Of a stretch of DNA of 64,000 bases, positions 37,275-44,955 are shown in pieces. Position 1 is the first letter of the stretch. Each line of letters opens with the position of its first letter. The stretch covers positions 3,606-67,605 of the IMG/VR virus record IMGVR_UViG_2799112320_000001. The stretch is one strand, 5' to 3'. This DNA is from a virus. Lineage: Duplodnaviria > Caudoviricetes. The translations under genes were made by a program, and so were the position numbers. Below the pieces are notes generated by a model, which was given only the letters and a program-made list of their open reading frames with translations, was not told where the DNA came from and did not search any database.

Positions 37275-37588
37275 ATGACCCGACAATAGACATTTGCGAC
37301 AACACCTACACGCGCAACACGACAACCGACATAGACAAGCGCCGAGAGTTCGGGCGGCTTGAGGGCCATACATCGAATACCGTAGGCCATCACTATTTGC
37401 GCTTAACGATGTCCGAGCCGCGAACACGCACAGAATGGCGGTGGGGAGAGATTGCCAGGACAATAGGAGCGGACAAGGCAATCACTACCCGCGTCGGCAT
37501 CCGCCTTCACGCAGGCCAGGTCAAGCAGTTGCGCGACTTCCTCAACAAGTGGCTGCAGTGCCACTATAAGGAAGGAGCCACAAAGTGA
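37271..37588 (+). CDS. Hypothetical protein
   Basis: 105 aa, coupled overlaps. Confidence 0.65.
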   Translation: MNDPTIDICDNTYTRNTTTDIDKRREFGRLEGHTSNTVGHHYLRLTMSEPRTRTEWRWGEIARTIGADKAITTRVGIRLHAGQVKQLRDFLNKWLQCHYKEGATK

Positions 37589-38478
37589 ACCCCGACATCG
37601 AATACGACTGGGCGGCGCACGACGCCCGCATACGCGAGCACTACGCACACGCGAGGGAGAAGCACCCGTACTTCTGCGATATTATCGGAGACGACGGCTC
37701 GTCGTTTGACTTTGCGGGATGGCGACTTGGAGACTGCCGCAGGCGTCTGGTCCACGCAATAGAGGCAAACGTTGTTAGATGGGACGAGTTGCTGGATTGC
37801 GAGAAGTACGAAGCGATGGTGGAGATTCAGAACGGCCACGCCGCCGCCGCCGTGGAAGAGCTCTACGACTGCGTTGCGGTCCTCCTCCGCACAATCGATG
37901 TGCTGGAGGGCAGGCAGAAACTCGGGAAACCAGGAAACGAAAAGGGTAGAGAAATGGAAAAGGGTAGAGAAATGAAACCAATACTTGATGCCTGCTGTGG
38001 CGGGCGAATGATGTACTTCGACAAGCACGATCCCCGTGTGGTTGGGCAAGACATCCGCGTTGTTCCACGCCATAAGGTCGAAAGCAACGGCTCTTATTTT
38101 GAGGTATCCCCAGACGTTGTTGGCGACTTTCGCAAGATGGATTTCCCCGACAACTCCTTTTCGATGGTGATATTTGATCCACCGCACCTCAAGTGCGGCG
38201 AGACGTCGTTCATGTTCCACAAATACGGTTCGCTTGGCGCAACTTGGGAAGACGATCTCAAGAGGGGCTTCGCAGAGTGTTTTAGAGTGCTTAAGCCAAA
38301 CGGCACACTCGTATTCAAGTGGTGTGACAGCTTTCGTTCTCTTGATATGGTCCTCGAATTGTCTCCGGAGAGGCCGGTAATCTCTCACAAGACCATTTCT
38401 CGCTCCGGCTCCAAGTACACTTATTTTGTCATATTCATCAAATCGCCACAAGCCGAAACGAAAGGAGAAGCGAAATGA
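37585..38478 (+). CDS. MazG-like helical domain fused in frame to a SAM-dependent (DPPH) DNA methyltransferase (internal start 37972)
   Basis: AREKHP...EELYDCVAV in the N-half; ILDACCGGRMM, DFRKMDFPDNSF, IFDPPHL, LVFKW in the C-half. Confidence 0.75.
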   Translation: MNPDIEYDWAAHDARIREHYAHAREKHPYFCDIIGDDGSSFDFAGWRLGDCRRRLVHAIEANVVRWDELLDCEKYEAMVEIQNGHAAAAVEELYDCVAVLLRTIDVLEGRQKLGKPGNEKGREMEKGREMKPILDACCGGRMMYFDKHDPRVVGQDIRVVPRHKVESNGSYFEVSPDVVGDFRKMDFPDNSFSMVIFDPPHLKCGETSFMFHKYGSLGATWEDDLKRGFAECFRVLKPNGTLVFKWCDSFRSLDMVLELSPERPVISHKTISRSGSKYTYFVIFIKSPQAETKGEAK

Positions 38479-38651
38479 TACTACGACTGATTGTAGCGTT
38501 CACGCGCTGGGCATGGGGCATCAGCCCCGCGTTCGTTACGGCGGATTCGGAAACGTGGTACATAGCCATGTATTTCGGCGCGCTCGTTGACGTTGCCGTT
38601 GTCACTATACTGATTGTCGTACTCGTAAATTGGATGCAGGAAAGGAGGTAG
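38475..38651 (+). CDS. Small membrane protein
   Basis: 58 aa with hydrophobic C-terminal helix, coupled. Confidence 0.55.
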   Translation: MILRLIVAFTRWAWGISPAFVTADSETWYIAMYFGALVDVAVVTILIVVLVNWMQERR

Positions 38652-38652
38652 C

Positions 38653-38781
38653 ATGAGGATTTATATTTCTGGTTGTATGACGGACCATCCCGACATCAAC
38701 TGCCCCGCGTTCAGCGCGGAGGAGTTCGTGCCGACGCCGCATCCGAAGCCGAGGTTCCAGCAGGAGGAGCTGTTCAAATGA
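38653..38781 (+). pseudogene. DUF4406-like N-terminal fragment
   Basis: MRIYISGCMTDHPDINCPAFSAEE matches the start of the family, then ends at 42 aa. Confidence 0.55.
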
Positions 38782-39929
38782 GTACACTATTCCTTGGCGA
38801 TTGCCTCGACGTGATGCACCATCTCGCCGACAACTCAATCGACTCCATCGTTACCGACCCACCGTATGGCCTCGGTTTTATGGGCAAGGACTGGGATCAC
38901 GGCGTCCCAGGTGTTGCCTTCTGGCAGGAGGCCCTGCGCGTCGCAAAGCCCGGGGCGCACCTACTCGCGTTCGGCGGGACGCGCACATACCACCGCCTCG
39001 CCTGCGCCATAGAGGACGCGGGGTGGGAGATACGCGACTGTATCATGTGGGTATACGGAAGCGGCTTCCCGAAGTCTATGGACGTCGCAAAAGCCATCGA
39101 CAAGATGCGTGGCAACAGCCAAAGATTCCAGCGCATGTATGCAGAGGCAGTTCGCGAATCAGGGCTAAATCACGCAGACATCGACCGTAGGCTCGGGATA
39201 AAATCATCGTCATGCTATTGGGTTAGGGAAGATGACCGCAAGAGTTTCCCGACGAAAGAAAACTGGGAAAATCTTAAGACCTTTCTTCCGCTCCCTGATA
39301 ATGCCGATGAAATTTACGAAGAAGCCGCGCGAAAAGACAGGGAGGTTTCCGATGTGGGGGCAAACAGGGTGTTCCAACCTTCTCAAACGGTAATCAACCC
39401 CGGCACGCCCGCCACTCACGAAGCCGCCGCGTGGAACGGCTGGGGCACTTGCCTTAAGCCCGCACTAGAGCCCATCGTCGTCGCCCGCAAGCCCCTCGAA
39501 GGGACCGTCGCCGCCAACGTCCTCAAATACGGCACGGGCACAATCAACATCGACGCCTGCAGGGTGCCGACGGAAGAGACTTGGACACATGGAGCAACAC
39601 CAACAAAGCCGCGTGGAGAGTTCGACGGAAACTGGAAGCGCATTGAACAGTCCTCCAACGGTAAGGGCCGCTTCCCCGCGAACCTCGTCCACGACGGCTC
39701 TCCCGAAGCCCTCGCCGCATTCCCCGATAGCAAAGGTCAGTGCGGAGCAATTAAAGGCACTGAGCCGAGCGAATCAACGCGCGGCATCTACGGCGAATTT
39801 TCGGGCAACCGCGTCCCGAACACGCCTCGAGGCGACACGGGCTCCGCATCGAAGAACACAACGTCATTACACCCCTTTCCGGCAATCCCGCCGGGAACTA
39901 GGAAACCAAACAACAAAGGAAAAACTACA
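38778..39929 (+). pseudogene. N4/N6 DNA methyltransferase lacking the C-terminal SAM-binding motif; reads in frame into the next gene
   Basis: GDCL, VTDPPY, WVYGSGFPKS, LKPALEPIVVARKP, GRFPAN present; no HPT.KP or DPF.GSG after GDTGSAS. Confidence 0.75.
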
Positions 39930-40310
39930 ATGAGCAAGAAAAAGACAAACCCGCTCGACCATGTGTTCGGCGGCACCGAATACCTCAAGGCCAAGTTCGA
40001 CGACATCGACGAGGCCGTAGTCTCGAAAAAGTCGAAACAGGCCAAGGACGTCAAGGCGCTCGTAAAGAGGCTTGCGACCGACAAGGACAGGATGTACGCC
40101 TATGCAGTCATCAAGACGGCTGGCAAGGCCGATGGCAAGCCTGTCTCTGGCTACGTTGTCCACGTCGCGATGGGGCTCAACGGCCCGGGAATGGGCTCCG
40201 ACTACGCCGCCGCACTGAAACGCCTGCTCGACACCGGCAAGTTCTGTCTGCTCGATGCGTGGATCGACGCCGTTGACGACCTCTGGGACTTCATCCTGTC
40301 CGTCAAGTAA
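39930..40310 (+). CDS. Hypothetical protein
   Basis: MSKKKTNP with its own AAAGGA RBS, in frame with the upstream MTase remnant. Confidence 0.7.
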   Translation: MSKKKTNPLDHVFGGTEYLKAKFDDIDEAVVSKKSKQAKDVKALVKRLATDKDRMYAYAVIKTAGKADGKPVSGYVVHVAMGLNGPGMGSDYAAALKRLLDTGKFCLLDAWIDAVDDLWDFILSVK

Positions 40311-40334
40311 CACACAGCACAAAGGAGAACAGCA

Positions 40335-41240
40335 ATGCAAAAGTACATACGATGCCACATGGTCGAAGCCGAGCCGATGACGCGCGGAGACTATAACATC
40401 TCTCGCGGCGAGCCGTGCAATCTGAACGGAGCGCCAGAAGACGAGGGCTACCATGTCGTCCATCCCGACGGCTACGAGTCGTGGTGCCCCAAGGCGCAGT
40501 TCGAAGCCGCAGGCCGTCCAATCGACAGCATGACGTTCGGCATGGCGATCGAAGCCATGAAGAAAGGCGCGAAGGTCGCCCGTCGCGGCTGGAACGGCAA
40601 GGGTATGTTCCTGTGGCTGAAACCAGCGACAAGCATCAAGGCGGAGTGGTGCAAGGATGAAACGCTGAAAGGTCTCGTCGAAGCCAACGGCGGCGAAATC
40701 CTCGGCCTCGGCACCATCTGCATGTACACGCACGACGCCACGGGCCGCAAGGCAATTCTTACGGGTTGGCTCGCTTCGCAGTCCGATATGCTCTACGAAG
40801 ATTGGGTTGTCGTGGAGAATGCCGCCGCCAACACCATCCGCATCGAGGCCGGCGTCCGCTATCCAGAAGACGGCAACATCAACTGCATTGCCGACGACAA
40901 CGACAACCCAAAGATGCCATTCCTTGTGCCAGATCCCGACAGCAAAGGCGAATGGCGCTGGAACCTCGACGTCAACATCGACACCGGCGAGGTCTCCGAC
41001 TGGCCGAAGGGCGTTGTTGCCGATGTCCACTACAAGGTCTGCGACTGCTGCCGCATTAAGTACGGCGACAAGAATTACGAGAACTACGTCCCGGACTTCC
41101 TGTCTATCAACGACGAAGGTTATGGGGACTATGTGATACTCACCGTAGAAGACGGACGAATAAAGAACTGGGACGCCGCCAAATGCCGTGGCTTCATCAA
41201 TGATTATCTCGCCATAACCGACACACAGAAGGAGGACTAA
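40335..41240 (+). CDS. DUF2829 (Tad2-like) three-domain protein
   Basis: MTFGMAIEAMKKGAKVARRGWNGKGMFLWL...GWLASQSDMLYEDWVVV is the DUF2829 signature; extra N- and C-terminal domains. Confidence 0.85.
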   Translation: MQKYIRCHMVEAEPMTRGDYNISRGEPCNLNGAPEDEGYHVVHPDGYESWCPKAQFEAAGRPIDSMTFGMAIEAMKKGAKVARRGWNGKGMFLWLKPATSIKAEWCKDETLKGLVEANGGEILGLGTICMYTHDATGRKAILTGWLASQSDMLYEDWVVVENAAANTIRIEAGVRYPEDGNINCIADDNDNPKMPFLVPDPDSKGEWRWNLDVNIDTGEVSDWPKGVVADVHYKVCDCCRIKYGDKNYENYVPDFLSINDEGYGDYVILTVEDGRIKNWDAAKCRGFINDYLAITDTQKED

Positions 41241-41243
41241 GCC

Positions 41244-41393
41244 ATGAAGTACCCTCGCACACGACAGGGCATGGCGCGCCGCAAGGCCGAAGGCCTCAAC
41301 CCGCGCTCGCAGTTCAACCCGCACAACGGCGAACCCCACACTAAGCGGTGGCTCGACGCGGAGCGCAAGCTGGGGCTGCGCAGGATGCGGTAG
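41244..41393 (+). CDS. Small basic protein (49 aa)
   Basis: GGAGG RBS; MKYPRTRQGMARRK... Confidence 0.55.
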   Translation: MKYPRTRQGMARRKAEGLNPRSQFNPHNGEPHTKRWLDAERKLGLRRMR

Positions 41394-41402
41394 GCCAACC
41401 AC

Positions 41403-41430
41403 GGGCAGCGGGCCGTCGCGCCCGCTGCCC
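41403..41430. other. GC-rich 11-bp hairpin without U-tract
   Basis: GGGCAGCGGGC-CGTCGC-GCCCGCTGCCC. Confidence 0.7.
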
Positions 41431-41448
41431 CAACAACCCTAAAGGAGC

Positions 41449-41997
41449 ATGCAAATGAAACAAGCACTAATAATACTCGCCGCATTTGTCGGCATAACAC
41501 TAATCGCCGTCTGCGCCGTTTTCTCGTCGAAGAATGCGGCCGTCTCGCTGGAGGAAACCGTCAACGCGGCGAAGTCCGGCATAGACGTGCAGCTCACAAA
41601 CCGCTTCAACAAGTTCCACGAACTCGCGGCGTGCGTCAAGAAATACGACGAACACGAGTACAAGACGCTCGTGGACGTCATCGAGCGCCGCGGTCGGAAC
41701 ATGAGCGGAGCGGAGGCAAAGCAGTGCATTGCGGCGTTCTCGCGCGTGGAGGAGCGCTACCCAGACCTCAAGTCGCAGGCCAACTACAAACAGCTGATGA
41801 CCGAGGTCGCGCTCACGGAAAACCACCTGGCACAACACAAGAAGGCGTACAACGAATCCGTGCGTGACTACCGCTACCACTGCCGCAAGTTCCCCACATC
41901 CATCTTCCTCGGATGGACGGGCTACGAGGTGCAGACCTACGAGATGTACGCAGCGGACGAGGCCGTGAAGGACTCAAAACCCCTCGACCTGTTCTGA
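41449..41997 (+). CDS. lemA: LemA family protein
   Basis: N-terminal TM; IDVQLTNRFNKFHEL, ERYPDLKSQANYKQLM, YNESVRDY, KFP..IFL. Confidence 0.9.
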   Translation: MQMKQALIILAAFVGITLIAVCAVFSSKNAAVSLEETVNAAKSGIDVQLTNRFNKFHELAACVKKYDEHEYKTLVDVIERRGRNMSGAEAKQCIAAFSRVEERYPDLKSQANYKQLMTEVALTENHLAQHKKAYNESVRDYRYHCRKFPTSIFLGWTGYEVQTYEMYAADEAVKDSKPLDLF

Positions 41998-42012
41998 CGG
42001 GAGCCCTCCGCT

Positions 42013-42789
42013 ATGCCCATCTTTCCATACAAAAGGAGATCCGGCCTCTCTTCGGCGGCGCACTCGTTCGAGGTTACGCCGAGGGAGGTCGTGTTCTCGG
42101 TTCTGATCGTCGGCGTGCTCTACGCCATCGGGTTTCTCGTCGCCGGTGCGATAGAGAAGCACGTCGCCGAGCGCTGCCTCAAGTACCGTCAGGCCGTCCA
42201 GATGAAGGACACCGGCGTTGAGCTGGCCTATGCCTGCAAGACGGACGTCGGGGATGCATTCGTCGAAGGCGACTTCAGGACCGTAGACCCCGTTTCGTGG
42301 GACGGGCTCGCTGGTGTGCACCTCTGCATCCGCAGGGACAAGGAGCGGTACACGATGCACACGCGGACGGTCCACTACACGGACAGCAAGGGGCGCACGC
42401 GAACGCGAACGGAGCACTACTGGACATGGGACGTGGTGGCGAGTGACAGCCGTAGAGCCACCAGGATTTCCTTCTGCGGGAATGTCTACGCCGTTGGCAC
42501 GTTCGACTACGATGGGATTGGCTCTTCTCGCCACGTTCAGGGCACGGGGTTCCACACCCGGAACGTGTTCTACTACAAGCCCAAGGACTTCCGCGGCACC
42601 GTCTTCGCGGAACTGCGGCATGGAAAAATACTCGGACACCCATATGTCTACGCGGGCATGAACCTGGCTAAGACGTATGAATTCTTCACCACGTCGCATG
42701 CGACAACGATCTTCTGGACGCTGTGGCTAGCGTTCACGGCGGCGTGCGTATGTGCGTTTTATGCACACGAGAACGGATGGCTTGAGTGA
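42013..42789 (+). CDS. Membrane protein, LemA partner
   Basis: Two TM segments flanking a ~190-aa soluble domain with YTMHTRTVHYTDSKGRTRTRTEHYWTW. Confidence 0.75.
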   Translation: MPIFPYKRRSGLSSAAHSFEVTPREVVFSVLIVGVLYAIGFLVAGAIEKHVAERCLKYRQAVQMKDTGVELAYACKTDVGDAFVEGDFRTVDPVSWDGLAGVHLCIRRDKERYTMHTRTVHYTDSKGRTRTRTEHYWTWDVVASDSRRATRISFCGNVYAVGTFDYDGIGSSRHVQGTGFHTRNVFYYKPKDFRGTVFAELRHGKILGHPYVYAGMNLAKTYEFFTTSHATTIFWTLWLAFTAACVCAFYAHENGWLE

Positions 42790-42835
42790 ACGTACAGGAC
42801 AAAGACTAACATTCAGACAACAAAGGAGCAAACTG

Positions 42836-43384
42836 ATGAACGCACGCAAGATACTTATGGACTACGACAAGTGGCACTACCACAGACCCAAGCTTCCCAC
42901 GGAATACCTGCGGCATCCCCGTTGGCTGTTCTGCCGCTGGGCGTGGGACCGCTACACCTGGCCGAGCTACGGCTCGTTCTTCTGCGAATGGCTGGAGAAC
43001 ATCTTCGTGTTTCTCACGCCGTGGTGCCGTCCGGCTCGCCGCCTGCTCAACGTGTTCGCCAACAGGAACGACACGAAGCTCCTCCACCAGACCCCCGCCG
43101 CCGTCGGAGTGCGGACGCGCGGCGAGTCGCAGGCGTACTACGACCTCCGTTGCGGGTTTTTCCTTGCGACGCTTGAGCGGACGCTCTACGTTGACCGCGA
43201 GACGGGCAAGGGCGCGAACATGTTCGGCGCGGCGATCTGCGGGCGAAGCGAAAAAGATTTTGACATACGGCACGAGCGCGTCCTCTCCGGCCCCTGCATG
43301 ACTACCGCCCAGTGCGCCAGACTCCTTGAGCGGATCGTGGCGGCGACGCCGGACTGCGAATGGTGCGGGCTGGACGAAGAGTGA
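42836..43384 (+). CDS. Hypothetical protein
   Basis: MNARKILMDY start with AAAGGAG RBS; last gene before attP. Confidence 0.7.
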   Translation: MNARKILMDYDKWHYHRPKLPTEYLRHPRWLFCRWAWDRYTWPSYGSFFCEWLENIFVFLTPWCRPARRLLNVFANRNDTKLLHQTPAAVGVRTRGESQAYYDLRCGFFLATLERTLYVDRETGKGANMFGAAICGRSEKDFDIRHERVLSGPCMTTAQCARLLERIVAATPDCEWCGLDEE

Positions 43385-43391
43385 GAAACTG

Positions 43392-43664
43392 TGTAAGAAA
43401 ATTCCTTCTGTGGGTGCGAATCCCATCAGTGTTTTCTTACAAAATTCTTACAAAGAAAACGCCCCGTTTTGAGAAATTGAACCGAGTTTTGAAAACACAA
43501 TCTCAACGAAACTTCGGTTTTAGCGAATAAATCGCAAATAATCCAAGTTATGAATGGAGCGGGCGATGGGAATCGAACCCACCACAAATGTGATAATGTT
43601 TATTTTTCACTCGTTTTATCTGCGTTTTTAGTGAAGTTCATTTTATTCTTGCACCATTCTTACA
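43392..43664. promoter_or_regulatory. Integrase arm-type sites of attP
   Basis: TTCTTACA at 43434, 43445, 43657; TTCTTGCA at 43646; inverted TGTAAGAA at 43392. Pairs are spaced 11 bp on each side of the core. Confidence 0.65.
43555..43582 (-). other. attP core: 3' end of a tRNA-Gly (T-arm to CCA)
   Basis: Minus strand GTGGGTTCGATTCCCATCGCCCGCTCCA; acceptor half CGCCCGC plus U discriminator fits Gly; 140 bp upstream of the integrase. Confidence 0.85.
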
Positions 43665-43722
43665 AGTTTTGATACCATACTGCCCGTCATCCAGAAGCCG
43701 ATTTCAAAACGACTGAAACACA

Positions 43723-44955
43723 ATGGAGTTAGCCATGTTTCGTTCAAAACGCGAGGTCCTTTCATCCATCAGGGAACACAAGTTCACCAAGGGCGGGAAA
43801 GAGTATACCATATTCTCGGCCTTCTTGGGAAGGGATCCGATATCGAACAAAGGCAAGCGCGTCGCTCGCTCCGACAAGAACGAGCTCAGGCAGTACATCT
43901 CAGACTTTTACACCCGGCTCGACAAGGGTGGAGACAACGCCGTGCAGCTGGATCATGCGCAGTCCGCGGACGCCCACGCCGCATACGGGCTCATGGCGCA
44001 GTTCGGGCTGCAGATGACCCTTGCCGACGTGGTGCGCGCATACGCGACGCAGAAGGCGTACGGCGAACTTAAAGGCGACTGCAAGACGTCCGTGGGCGAA
44101 GCCTGGCACAGATACTCCGGCACTCTGTGGACCAAGAGCGAGGCCTACCGCAAGTGCGTGACGAGCCGAATAGGCGCCTGGGTGCATTGCTTCGGCGAGA
44201 ACCGGCTCCTGTCCGAAGTCTCAGCCTCGGAGCTGAAGGAATACCTCATGGACAAAGTCTTCCGACCGGAAAAGCCGGACACGGCGAAGACCTACAACAA
44301 CGTCCTTGGCGACATCAAGACGTTCATCCACTGGTGCTGCGCGAAGGAACAGGACCTTCTGGCGGTCGATCCTCTCGACGGCATGAAGAAGATGGAAATC
44401 GGGTACCGCCAGCCGGAATACATGAAGGCGGCGGATGTGGAGAAGTTGTTCCGCGTACTCGAGGCGCGCAAGGAGAAGCGGCCGGAAAACCTGGCCGACG
44501 CGATCCTGTCGTTCTTCTGCGGCGTCAGGCAGTGCGAGATAGCGCGCGTCCGAGAAGGCGAGAGCGCAGTGAAAATCAGCCTGGAGGACCACTTCATCCG
44601 CATAGTGAAGGTCAAGGGCTCGCTCCGCGGCATCCGCCCCCGCGCGTTCAAGATACCAGCGCAGGCCGAGGCATGGATGCGCTCGTTCGACTTCATGGCC
44701 GCAGTGCAGATCCCCAACACGGCGTTCCGCTACCACCTGAACATGGCCGCGAAGAAAGCCGGTATAAAGATGCCGAAGAACGCCGGGCGCCACACCTTCA
44801 TAACGATGTACGAGGCGGCACACCACGACACCAATGCGCTCTCCGGCATAGTCGGCAACACCGAAGGCGTCCGGTCGCGCTCCTACAACGGCGTCGAGCT
44901 GGAGCGCGAGGGACGGGCCTACTTCGAGATTATGCCTACTTCTTCGGCCTCATGA
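43723..44955 (+). CDS. int: Tyrosine integrase
   Basis: FCGVRQCEI (R), VK (K), AGRHTF (xxRH), GN...RSRSY (Y). Confidence 0.93.
   Translation: MELAMFRSKREVLSSIREHKFTKGGKEYTIFSAFLGRDPISNKGKRVARSDKNELRQYISDFYTRLDKGGDNAVQLDHAQSADAHAAYGLMAQFGLQMTLADVVRAYATQKAYGELKGDCKTSVGEAWHRYSGTLWTKSEAYRKCVTSRIGAWVHCFGENRLLSEVSASELKEYLMDKVFRPEKPDTAKTYNNVLGDIKTFIHWCCAKEQDLLAVDPLDGMKKMEIGYRQPEYMKAADVEKLFRVLEARKEKRPENLADAILSFFCGVRQCEIARVREGESAVKISLEDHFIRIVKVKGSLRGIRPRAFKIPAQAEAWMRSFDFMAAVQIPNTAFRYHLNMAAKKAGIKMPKNAGRHTFITMYEAAHHDTNALSGIVGNTEGVRSRSYNGVELEREGRAYFEIMPTSSAS

Noticed and set aside
43555-43582. tRNA gene
   Set aside because: Only the T-arm, acceptor 3' strand and CCA are present. There is no D-arm or anticodon arm, so it is treated as the attP core.
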